Shown in pieces: positions 20,600 to 32,313 of a DNA stretch of 34,281 nucleotides. Under the pieces are notes generated by a model. That model had not been told where the DNA came from, did not search any database, and was given only the letters and a program-made list of their open reading frames with translations. Position numbers and translations under genes: made by a program. The stretch covers positions 1-34,281 of the forward strand of contig JAHHIK010000091.1 of the NCBI GenBank assembly GCA_019358935.1. The letters run 5' to 3'. Numbering within the stretch: the first letter of the stretch is position 1; each line of letters opens with the position of its first letter. The stretch comes from Tolypothrix carrinoi HA7290-LM1. Its GTDB lineage: Bacteria; Cyanobacteriota; Cyanobacteriia; Cyanobacteriales; Nostocaceae.

Positions 20600-23359
20600 T
20601 TAGAAGAGAGAAATACCAACCATTTCCCATGCTGTTTTAACCGCTCTCTGTTCTGTGCTGTCATTTCCATATAGTGTACCAGCAACCTGATACGTAGACA
20701 TTGCCGCATCTCGGAATTGGCTGTTGGGGTTAAGCTTCAGCAGTGCCTTATACCAAATCTGTCCAGCTTTATCAGAACCAATGCGTATTGCAGTTTCATA
20801 AAACGCCTTATTCGGAATGCCTGAGTTGATGTGAATACCTCCATTGTCCTGGGTTCCTCTATAAAGGTCTTTGAAGTGAGCAACTTGAGCATCTTTGCCT
20901 ACAGCGGGATTATCATATGCGGTACCAGGTGCTTTTAGCGATCGAGAAGCCGATTGCTCTTTGGAATTCAAGATATCTTGCTGAAGTAACCAGGCAATAA
21001 AGCCTGGTGCCAAGAGCCAGTCTCCTGTTTGCGCTGTTTGTTGCAATCGCGTTTGTTTAATCAAGGAGGCGAAAATATCAGCATAGGATTCCTGAAGAGC
21101 ACCGGGTTGTCCATAGTATTTAAATTCTACAGTTTTATAGATAAAAGGCAATGCGATTTGGTGATAAGTGAAATCAGGTAAATATTGGATTTGAGGTGGC
21201 GCATTATACTGCTCACCATCCCACCAAGCGTTTAAGAAATTTTTGTCTACAATTCTAACTGGTGGGACATTGAGATCAAAATTGAATAAGGTATTGAGGA
21301 ATTTAACTGCATATGCGACATCTTCATTAATCTTTTTAGCTGCTTCTTGCGTTTCCTGCGTATTAATGCCTGGCTTCTCTATTCTTGGAATGTTACTAAC
21401 ACCTATTCCTTGGGCACTAGTTTGTAATAGCTTGAAAATATCATCTAACTTACGATTAACTAATCCAGTAGTAGAATCAATAGCTCCAAAGTCTGTAAGC
21501 AAAGTCAATGCTTTCCGCAATGACGGCTTTAATGATTCTAACTGCTTATTGACTTGTGCTAGTTCATATTTTGCTCTTTCTCGATCTTTTTTCGCTGCTT
21601 CTGCTTGTGTGCGTGCAGATTTTGCTGTTTGAATAGCCTCTTGGGCGTGCAACTTGGCCTGCGCTGTCTCCTGGATTGCTTTTTCCTTCGCCTGATTTAC
21701 TTGAACTAATTGTTGTTGTGTTTGTTGGTATTGCTGTCTTACTATCTCTTCTTGTTTTTTAGCAGAAGCTAAATTTTGCTCAGCTGTTTTTTTAGCATTT
21801 TCTGCATTTATGCGTTTCACATTTACTGTTTCAAACTGTTTTTGCAAAGAAATTTCTTTCTCCTCAAGGCTACTTACTTTCTTCCTTAATTCATGTTCTT
21901 TTTTTGCCAACTGCTCTGCATTGCTTAAACTTTGCGTTGCTACCCAGCCTGCTCCTGCTGCCCCTACCAGCATTAAACCAAGAGCTACAGCCCCAACCCG
22001 AAGCAGCTGATTCGCTTTACGGTTTGCCTCTGCTAAGACTTGCTTTGCTTCGGCCTCTGCCGTCAATTTTTTTTGAATATCACGCTTTTCCAGTTCTTGA
22101 CTCGCATCCAGAAAACGACGATCATCATCTCCCAAACTTTTTCCTTCCGCCCAAGCCCTTGCGTTCTGTAATACCTGTCCCCGCAGCAACCGCGATTCAT
22201 CCTGGTACTTTGAAGCAACCCAAGCATTAAATCCATCTGCATAAGGGCGTAACTTCTCAAGTTCCTGGTCAAACCACGATAGGTTAAACACCCCCATGTA
22301 AATACGGTTATAAATTTGTAACCTACCCTGACGCTTCACAACTAGCCCCGTTAGCCGCAATTGCGTCTGCTCAGGACTGTTATTCGCTGGAATTTCTTCC
22401 TGCTGCACAATCTGCCGACACAGCCCTAACCGTCGTCCTGCTCGTAGCTCTCCGCCTTCTAACAGGCGATCACGAATTGTCTTCAAATGCTCAGGATTGT
22501 CCTGTGCCTCCCAGTTTTCCAGGATGCGCGAGCGAACTAGCTGCTCAATCGCTGCTGCTTCATCCCCTGCCACAATTGAGTCAGGAGAGCTAAGAACCAA
22601 TTGGCAGAGTTTTTGGACTAGAAAGGGCTGTCCATCAGTCCATGCTAGGACGACATTTAAAACCGCCTCAGGGTTCTCTGCTTTTCCTACTAACCCCGGT
22701 ATCAGGGGTTGAACTTCGTGAAGTTGGAAACCTTCCAAGTTAATGGCTCGTCCAATATTAAAGGGCGTGCGGTTTCTGTCTTGAATCAGGTCTGAGGGAG
22801 TAGCAACACCTAATAGGGCAAAGGTAAGACGGCTGTATTCCATTTGTTCTATCCGCTGCTCATAAAAAGCGCGGATCAGCGCAAAGAAATCATCTTTGAA
22901 ATCGAATTTGAGAACACTATCAATTTCATCAAAGAACAGAACAATAGGTTGAGAAATTTCTACCAATAGAACAGTTTCAATAAACTCCACAAAGCGTTGG
23001 AGTGGTGGGATATCTTCTCTTTCATTCCACCATGCCCGGTGCTGAATTTTGATCCCTAGACTACTTTTTAACCGCCCAATAATACCTTGATACCAGCCAG
23101 CGACAGTTGCATTATGAGTTTCCATGAAATTGAGATTGACTACTCCACAGACAATCCCCTCTGCCCGCAAACGTTGAGCTGTGCGGTTCTGCAAACTCGA
23201 TTTGCCCATCTGCCGGGAGTTGAACACATAGCAAAACTCCGCTGCTTTCAGGGCTGCATAAAACTCCTGGTCAGCTTGACGCACCACATAGCTGGGAGCA
23301 TTCCCTTCCAGTCCACCGCCTACTTTATATGCATAGCCTGGAATCGGTAGCGTGCTCAT
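20600..23359 (-). CDS. AAA_35 NTPase + TM + coiled coil + thermolysin (M4)-like C-terminal domain
   Basis: YVVRQAD, SRQMGKSSL, FFDEID, TPFNIG, WTDGQPFL; TM VGAVALGLMLVGAAGAGW; M4 motifs GALQESYADIF and DNGGIHINSGIPNKAFY. Confidence 0.85.
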   Translation of the reverse strand: MSTLPIPGYAYKVGGGLEGNAPSYVVRQADQEFYAALKAAEFCYVFNSRQMGKSSLQNRTAQRLRAEGIVCGVVNLNFMETHNATVAGWYQGIIGRLKSSLGIKIQHRAWWNEREDIPPLQRFVEFIETVLLVEISQPIVLFFDEIDSVLKFDFKDDFFALIRAFYEQRIEQMEYSRLTFALLGVATPSDLIQDRNRTPFNIGRAINLEGFQLHEVQPLIPGLVGKAENPEAVLNVVLAWTDGQPFLVQKLCQLVLSSPDSIVAGDEAAAIEQLVRSRILENWEAQDNPEHLKTIRDRLLEGGELRAGRRLGLCRQIVQQEEIPANNSPEQTQLRLTGLVVKRQGRLQIYNRIYMGVFNLSWFDQELEKLRPYADGFNAWVASKYQDESRLLRGQVLQNARAWAEGKSLGDDDRRFLDASQELEKRDIQKKLTAEAEAKQVLAEANRKANQLLRVGAVALGLMLVGAAGAGWVATQSLSNAEQLAKKEHELRKKVSSLEEKEISLQKQFETVNVKRINAENAKKTAEQNLASAKKQEEIVRQQYQQTQQQLVQVNQAKEKAIQETAQAKLHAQEAIQTAKSARTQAEAAKKDRERAKYELAQVNKQLESLKPSLRKALTLLTDFGAIDSTTGLVNRKLDDIFKLLQTSAQGIGVSNIPRIEKPGINTQETQEAAKKINEDVAYAVKFLNTLFNFDLNVPPVRIVDKNFLNAWWDGEQYNAPPQIQYLPDFTYHQIALPFIYKTVEFKYYGQPGALQESYADIFASLIKQTRLQQTAQTGDWLLAPGFIAWLLQQDILNSKEQSASRSLKAPGTAYDNPAVGKDAQVAHFKDLYRGTQDNGGIHINSGIPNKAFYETAIRIGSDKAGQIWYKALLKLNPNSQFRDAAMSTYQVAGTLYGNDSTEQRAVKTAWEMVGISLF

Positions 23360-23367
23360 GGCGATCG

Positions 23368-25557
23368 TTACCTTCTCTCTTGCAAATGGTCACGAAAATA
23401 CGAGCGATACAAATCGCAACGAATAGTTGCCTGATTTCCTTGCAGACTAACCAATCCCATACTATCCAGCTTATATGCGGAGGTCGAGTTCAATTCTGTT
23501 GCTTTACTTTTCATGACGACCTGCCGCAGAGCTTCAGCCAGTTCAGGATACTGCTGCAAATTGAGTAAATGCCGTCGCAAGTGATCAATGTAAATTCCTG
23601 CTTCAGTAGGTGCTTCCGAGATCAGTTGTGCTAAAGTCACATCCTGCCGACGAAGATGGTATAGCGCCTTACGGACGAGGTAAGGATGTCCACCCACCAG
23701 AGTCACAAGCTGCTCCACCTGTTGTCCACTCCAGGTCAGCTCATAGCGTTGTGCTAAATGTTGCACCTGAATTCGGTTAAACTCCGGTAACTCTACATTC
23801 ATACCCACATTAAATGGTGACTGGTTGATGTTTTGAGGTATATACGCTTCAGTCGAATGCACAACCACCAGCCGCAGCTTTGCCCATAAATCACTGGAAG
23901 AATCGCCGTACCTTGCCACCTCGTACCAGGAACGGAGTAAGCCGGAAAAATCATCCATAACTTCTTGATGGGGGAATACTAAATCCACTTCATCCAGTCC
24001 CAAAACAATAGGGCTATCAATTTCCTCTAAAATGCACTCCTCCAAATAGGCATTACATTTGTCCTTACTGCCGTAACCCTTCCAGTAGTCCTCCAACTGG
24101 TTCAGGCGCTTCAACCGTCGCCCAATTTGCTCACAGAACCAGCGTAAAAATTGATCCAGGTCGGTAAACAGTCTGTTATCTGCCCGCTGAAAGCTTAAGG
24201 GAATTGCCTGATAGCCTTGCTCCTTGGCGTAATTTAGTATCCTCGCCATCAGTGAAGTTTTGCCCATCTGCCGTGGAGCTTTAATCCGGATCAGCGCCCC
24301 TGGTTGCACAATCTCCCGATAACAATCTGCCTCAATCGGCGGGCGCTCAATATACAACCCTGAGCTGAGCGGCACTGACCCTCCGGGTTCCCGGTACAAC
24401 TCTGGTTCTGCTACGGGTAAAGGGGGGGAATCTGGGCTATCTTCATTCGGGAAGACTGGCCCAGCAGAGGTACTCATCGCTGATGCGTGTCCTGTTGCTA
24501 ATAGGCTCAGCGCCTCCTGAATGATCATGGGTGTATCCAGAGGTGACTTCCATTCCCGCTGCTGAATGTTTTGTAAGTATCCCCGCAGGTCATAATTTAA
24601 GGGAGAGTTCAGTGGGAAGTTCACCCGGATTGGCAGGATCATTGGTCGCCGATCCCCACGGCTGTCGCGTAACAGCTTTGCTCGTCGCACTTCCTCCGTC
24701 ACCATCTCACTGACCGCCGATTGCTCAGACAGCAGTAACAAAAAGTAATCACTTCGTTCTAACTCAGCATCAATTCGCTGTGGCCAGGTCTCACCCAGTC
24801 GGATGCTCTCCCCTGCCATGAAGGCTTCATGCCCTGCTGCTTTAAGCGCCTCGAAAAACTGTTGAGCCAGATCTCTATCAGGGGATTGGCTGCGATAGCT
24901 GATAAACACTCTGGTCATCCTGGTTAGGGAAGATATAGGTGTTTCCTCGTCGCCTTGAACCTGCTTGCGTTTACTCTGGGTGGATAGCGATCGCTTCTTG
25001 ATTTTAAGGACAGGTGTAGAAGACTCCGGGATACTTTGTAGATCAATTAAGTTACAGCCAAACTCAAAAGATTCTTTGTAAGTCTTATTAGACGCGATCG
25101 CTCGATAAAAACCCTTAGCAAACTTGATAGCGGCCTTATCGCCGATCTCTTGATTCATTCCAACTACACAGTCGATGTGCTGATAAATGGCTTTTGCTTG
25201 TTCCTCGGAATAGCAGGCGTTCAAAAAGACACATTCCACGTTTGCTTTAAACAACTTAAACAGTCCTCCTAACGCTGTAGAACTGACCAGTTGCATCTGT
25301 CCCAGCTCATTTTCTAAAGCTAACCCCTGGCTACCCCCACCATGCCCCGAAAAATGAACGATTTGAGGCGTGTGATCCAGCAGAATAGGCTGTAGGTCAT
25401 CCACCCGCACTGCCCAACGAGTAATGATTTCAAAGAGGTCTCGATTTTTGGACTGATCCACAGATGCCTGAATTTCTCGCACCTCTTCGTCCAAGCGCAG
25501 CCTATCAGTACTCTTCGGGTTTGCAGTCAGAATCAAAATCTTCTTCATGGCAACCAC
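23368..25557 (-). CDS. CHAT + TIR + AAA_35 NTPase
   Basis: CHAT VHFSGHG and LNACYS; TIR VFISYRS...SEMVTEEV; AAA_35 YIERPP, APRQMGKTSL, LDEVD, SPFNVG, GGHPYL. Confidence 0.88.
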   Translation of the reverse strand: MVAMKKILILTANPKSTDRLRLDEEVREIQASVDQSKNRDLFEIITRWAVRVDDLQPILLDHTPQIVHFSGHGGGSQGLALENELGQMQLVSSTALGGLFKLFKANVECVFLNACYSEEQAKAIYQHIDCVVGMNQEIGDKAAIKFAKGFYRAIASNKTYKESFEFGCNLIDLQSIPESSTPVLKIKKRSLSTQSKRKQVQGDEETPISSLTRMTRVFISYRSQSPDRDLAQQFFEALKAAGHEAFMAGESIRLGETWPQRIDAELERSDYFLLLLSEQSAVSEMVTEEVRRAKLLRDSRGDRRPMILPIRVNFPLNSPLNYDLRGYLQNIQQREWKSPLDTPMIIQEALSLLATGHASAMSTSAGPVFPNEDSPDSPPLPVAEPELYREPGGSVPLSSGLYIERPPIEADCYREIVQPGALIRIKAPRQMGKTSLMARILNYAKEQGYQAIPLSFQRADNRLFTDLDQFLRWFCEQIGRRLKRLNQLEDYWKGYGSKDKCNAYLEECILEEIDSPIVLGLDEVDLVFPHQEVMDDFSGLLRSWYEVARYGDSSSDLWAKLRLVVVHSTEAYIPQNINQSPFNVGMNVELPEFNRIQVQHLAQRYELTWSGQQVEQLVTLVGGHPYLVRKALYHLRRQDVTLAQLISEAPTEAGIYIDHLRRHLLNLQQYPELAEALRQVVMKSKATELNSTSAYKLDSMGLVSLQGNQATIRCDLYRSYFRDHLQERR

Positions 25558-25950
25558 CTCTAAAGAGGAGGCGAGTCACTACACGCAAATAACTACCACT
25601 TTCTCATAGCCAATTACTGACTTTCAAGCTTGTGACTCGAAATCTGTAACAATATTATATGTCGGACGGGTGAAGGAATATCAGCTTGCAAATAATATGG
25701 GTTGTTGGCAACTTTTGGTGATCCTGGTTGGGGTAAGGCAGCTATGCTGAGGGCAGATGTCGGTTAACAAATTGTTTAGACAGAAATTTTTTCGGTTTTT
25801 CGTCTAAGTAGGCGCCAAGCGCTCCTATGTAGCACCTTTTGAACAGATAAGCATGGTTGGGCTGGTGGCAGCCGATGTAAAAGTATTTCATATGCACAAT
25901 TGTGTCAAAATTATTCTTAGAAAAGCGGCGATATTGGTATGCAAGAGTAA

Positions 25951-26205
25951 ATGTTTCAAAGACATAAAATTCATGAGCAACGAAACTTAGTTGGTAAGAT
26001 CAGCTTGGTGATTTTCGATGCTTGCGCTTGGTTTTTGATGGCTTGTTTCTTGGTTTTGGCTATGCTGGCGTTCTACTATCAGTTTGACCGTTGGTACTAT
26101 TTGTTAGGCATTGCAATTTTGGTTTGCCCAGAGACACCGCTACACCCGCTATTCAAAGCGTTTTCAATTTCTCTAATTTTGGTGTTGCTAAAAGCAATTG
26201 TCTAA
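25951..26205 (+). CDS. Small hydrophobic membrane protein
   Basis: 84-aa ORF with several hydrophobic stretches. Confidence 0.5.
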   Translation: MFQRHKIHEQRNLVGKISLVIFDACAWFLMACFLVLAMLAFYYQFDRWYYLLGIAILVCPETPLHPLFKAFSISLILVLLKAIV

Positions 26206-26256
26206 GTTGTTGAGTTATGGGTAGGATCAGTGTGAAAATAGTTCTGTTTAAGAGTG

Positions 26257-26991
26257 TCAAATTTCTACTTCCTCTATTTCTTCTAAGGGTAGAGCCAGTA
26301 CTTGATTATAGACAGTAGGTGAGCCGAATATGGTTGACAGTTCTCTTTCTTGGTAAATCGGCTGTTCTGTTAATACTGAAACTAACCATTGTTGGGTTTC
26401 TTCATGCTGTTGTTGGTTCCAGTAAATTTCGTGTTTTTTAGCTACCTGTTTAGGGTGCAATGCCAAGATTGTTAATTGTAACTGCTCAGGTGTAACCATT
26501 AAATACTCTGAAGTTACCCAGAGCTTAACTTTGTCATACCAGTTGAGTTGGGGTTGTCGAATTGCCCACTCGATTAGTCTGACCGATTTTTTTTCAAAGG
26601 CTACATTTGTGCTGATCTCGATTACTGCATTGTCGTTCTCAAGTTGCAAAGCAGCGCTAAAGTGAGCGTCAATTAGTAATTTATCTTTTTTAAGTGTAAA
26701 TATTTCTGGAACTAGCGATCGCATCTGATCAACCCATTGGTTGATTTGTGGGTGTGCATCCAACAGTGGTTTTACAGGGAGTCCCAGAAAAATTTGCTTT
26801 ATGACCAGTTGGAGGTTTTTCTGATCGGAGTTGGTTGACGAAGTTAGGGTTTTTGAATTAACCAAAATCCCCAGTTCTGAAATCGTGAGTTGTCGCATGG
26901 AAGAATGGAAAGTATTTTGAGTTTCCTTTATGCATGCGGCGATAGCCGCCTCACAACTACAAAATATTTTTCTTATTTGTTGAGGAAGCAA
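26257..26991 (-). CDS. Hypothetical protein
   Basis: 244-codon ORF; start uncertain (ATG 26898 plausible). Confidence 0.6.
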   Translation of the reverse strand: MLPQQIRKIFCSCEAAIAACIKETQNTFHSSMRQLTISELGILVNSKTLTSSTNSDQKNLQLVIKQIFLGLPVKPLLDAHPQINQWVDQMRSLVPEIFTLKKDKLLIDAHFSAALQLENDNAVIEISTNVAFEKKSVRLIEWAIRQPQLNWYDKVKLWVTSEYLMVTPEQLQLTILALHPKQVAKKHEIYWNQQQHEETQQWLVSVLTEQPIYQERELSTIFGSPTVYNQVLALPLEEIEEVEI

Positions 26992-27464
26992 CGTAGCTCA
27001 GAAGCGATCGCGTGGCTTTGAGTGAGTGCTGGTGATTACCGATTGCAGCTACGTCTGTGTGGCTACTGTATGTTGTAAATTTAGGATTGCTCACCTAACG
27101 TCGCTGTTATATTGGGATGGATATAGAAAAAATATGGCTTGCTAAGTTCCAAAATCCACTCTCATGCTATCCATTCAACTATCTCAAATTCTGCGGTTGG
27201 AGTAAGCAAAAAATAGTTTTCCAAAAGATTCTAGAAGCATGAAACTTGAGACAATAAGTATCTAGAAATATTTGGTATCGGGTTCCTGTTTGAGAATCAG
27301 TCTGAGAAAATCTTTTGTTTACTTATGAATCACCTTATTTTACTTTTGCAGTCTTTCCAAATCTTTTTTAATATTGGATTCAGCTCAGTAAAAATGTTAA
27401 ACAAGCGTGGGAGCGTTAAAAATACATTAGCCTCCAAGAGTTAATTCCTAGAGGCTTTGATATT

Positions 27465-27985
27465 TTAGAGAGTTGGGAGTTCCTGGGGGATTGCTCTGAG
27501 TAAAGTTATCCCAAGTTGTTTGAGTAGACCTTTATTCCCTTGCGGACACCCATGTTGTTGAAGGCATTTAGGACAATCGGCTTCGCACTCACAAGACTGG
27601 GCAAGCTGTGCTGCTGTACTCGCCAGTTTGGTAAGGTTTTGGAAGACAGCCTCGCTTGCCCTATTACCACCTTCACTGCAATCGTAGAAAAGATCGTAAT
27701 ATCCTCCATCGCCTGTGCGTTCAACAACGTAAGTAGAAAGGCGCAAAAAAACCGCTGTCTTGTAACGAAAAGTAAAGTTGTCCAAAAACCTCTTCCCTTT
27801 TGCCCCCCGGCGGGCGTAAGGAGATTTCTGCCAGTTGACATCGTGCCTTCTGCCTTGTCATAACGACAATTTGACCTACTTAATTGATGTCGTTGTGCAA
27901 AGAAAGAACCACCAGTGGTAGCGCTGCCATTACCTGATGCCCGAATGAATGGAGCGCAATTAGATTGCTTGTGCCTTTTGGGTAA
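27465..27985 (-). pseudogene. C-terminal remnant of a DUF1998 (MrfA/Hrq1-type) helicase
   Basis: FYDCSEGGN...SCECEADCPKCL...CPQGN Zn-binding tail; frameshifted and cut at the adjacent MITE. Confidence 0.7.
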
Positions 27986-27989
27986 TAGC

Positions 27990-28187
27990 TAGGACTTACG
28001 CACGCTCTCAAACGAATCATCTTGTGTAATAACGTAAATAGGTCGTTTCAGCCTTTTACAAACCATGCTTTGTTATTTGCTCCCGGCAGCTTGCCGTAAG
28101 CATCACAAAAAGGTAGCTGAAAAATCTAGCTAAAAGCCCTGAAAAGCATACTTGCCATTTCGGCTTTTCTGTCAAGCGTAAGTCCTA
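27990..28187. mobile_element. MITE with TAGGACTTACGC terminal inverted repeats
   Basis: TAGGACTTACGC...GCGTAAGTCCTA, 198 bp, no ORF. Confidence 0.8.
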
Positions 28188-28253
28188 ATCTTATAAGTAA
28201 TTAAGCGAACATGGCATAACACACATAATTAATACGAAATTTGTAGCATCCCC

Positions 28254-28290
28254 TTGACATTATGTAGAGCTAGTACTACAAATGTAGTAT
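28254..28290 (+). promoter_or_regulatory. Sigma70-type promoter overlapped by a TACTACA-AA-TGTAGTA palindrome
   Basis: TTGACA at 28254-28259; palindrome at 28274-28289 over the expected -10/+1 region. Confidence 0.6.
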
Positions 28291-28332
28291 GAGAATAAAG
28301 AGGACAACAAAAGGCAAAACTAAAAGCCCTTG

Positions 28333-28351
28333 GAACCTTGACAATTGCATA
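28333..28351 (+). promoter_or_regulatory. rrn-type boxA antitermination-like site
   Basis: GAACCTTGACAATTGCATA resembles the cyanobacterial rrn boxA GAACCTTGAAAA. Confidence 0.6.
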
Positions 28352-28363
28352 AATGCAACTTTT

Positions 28364-28444
28364 GGGGCCGCGATTGGTGTTCGACTGCTCCGAAACCAAC
28401 AAACGGACGGTTGCAGGATTCGGGTTCGATTCCCGACGGCTCCA
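28364..28444 (+). ncRNA. Mini-tmRNA: tRNA-like domain only
   Basis: GGGGCCGCGATTGGTGTTCGAC 5' end; GGATTCGGGTTCGATTCCCGACGGCTCCA 3' end; G3-U70 pair; stemless D loop; only a short hairpin between the halves. Confidence 0.75.
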
Positions 28445-28480
28445 CTAGACTTGACTGCGGTTGAAGTTGTGTAGAGGCTT

Positions 28481-28689
<209 letters not shown>

Positions 28690-28706
28690 CTAATATCAAT
28701 TCGTAA

Positions 28707-28928
<222 letters not shown>

Positions 28929-28936
28929 ATTTCCGA

Positions 28937-29128
28937 GTCATCCGTGCCCTAACAGAAGAAGCATACATACACATTCATAACGGCCCTAAGGTAGTAAAGT
29001 TCGAGCGATCGGACTAAGCGAAGCATGATTTCTAAGTAAGAGCGCAGATTTAGCGTGCGTGCCCACTGCCAATATTTGGTAAGAGCGACCGTAGCTGTAA
29101 AAAGCTTCTTGAACTTGCACGGAATGAT
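28937..29128 (+). ncRNA. Scaffold unit 2 with permuted 23S rRNA H67-H71-like cargo
   Basis: TCCGTGCCC...AGAAGCATACATAC / GCTTCTTGAACTTGCACGGA; cargo contains ATAACGGCCCTAAGGTAG and GCGACCGTAGCTGTAA. Confidence 0.75.
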
Positions 29129-29137
29129 TTAAGACTT

Positions 29138-29279
29138 AATTCCGCGCCCTAACTTGTGAAGTCTACACACACTCCGGCAACGGAATGCAGGTTCAAATCC
29201 TGTCGCTCCCTTTGATGGGAGCGTAGCCAAATTGGTATAGGCAATTGTGAAAACTGCTTTGCGTTCCTTGTGCGGAATT
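29138..29279 (+). ncRNA. Scaffold unit 3, YrlA-type circularly permuted tRNA mimic
   Basis: T arm GCAGG-TTCAAAT-CCTGT, loop-closed acceptor CGCTCCC-TTTGAT-GGGAGCG, then D arm GCC-AAATTGGTATA-GGC, inside AATTCCGCGC/GTGCGGAATT. Confidence 0.85.
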
Positions 29280-29400
29280 CCAATTATTTAAATCGTATTT
29301 ATCTATAACCTTTACTCAATACGGAGGTGAGTTCAATGATGTTAGCGTTCCTCATGTTTAATAACAACTCAATTAGTACAACTGCATTTAAAGAACGTGA

Positions 29401-30147
<747 letters not shown>

Positions 30148-30155
30148 AATTTTCA

Positions 30156-30277
<122 letters not shown>

Positions 30278-30312
30278 CGATTTTATTTCATTTCAATATG
30301 GAGGTGAGAACG

Positions 30313-30572
<260 letters not shown>

Positions 30573-30607
30573 GGAATAAGAGCAAATTCGATAATTTTCC
30601 GCTCATT

Positions 30608-30639
30608 ACCCAGTCCCCAATCCCTAATCCCCAGTCCCT
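30608..30639. repeat. STRR-type heptamer tandem repeat
   Basis: CCCAGTC-CCCAATC-CCTAATC-CCCAGTC. Confidence 0.75.
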
Positions 30640-30653
30640 TTTACTTGGCAGTT

Positions 30654-30731
30654 GTTGCCGCGCCCCGATCGCAGAAGCTTACATAAGTCTGAAAAATTTA
30701 TACACAATGCTTCTACAACTTGCGCGGTGAC
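30654..30731 (+). ncRNA. Scaffold unit 5 with a lone tRNA-Phe-like anticodon stem-loop
   Basis: GCCGCGCCCC...AGAAGCTTAC / GCTTCTACAACTTGCGCGGT; cargo ATAAGT-CTGAAAA-ATTTAT. Confidence 0.75.
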
Positions 30732-30778
30732 TCGATCGCCCCGCGTGCAACATCTGCCTCCTCATCCATCACAACTAG

Positions 30779-32224
<1,446 letters not shown>

Positions 32225-32313
32225 GGTTAGAATATGGCATTGCTTATTGTTAAGTCGATGAGCAATGCTAATTCAGCAGCTAAGACTTAAAATGAAAAGG
32301 CAAAGGCAAAGAT

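Noticed and set aside
28364..28444. Functional ssrA gene or integrase attachment remnant
   Set aside because: No tag reading frame or pseudoknots; both ends are present and no integrase is adjacent.
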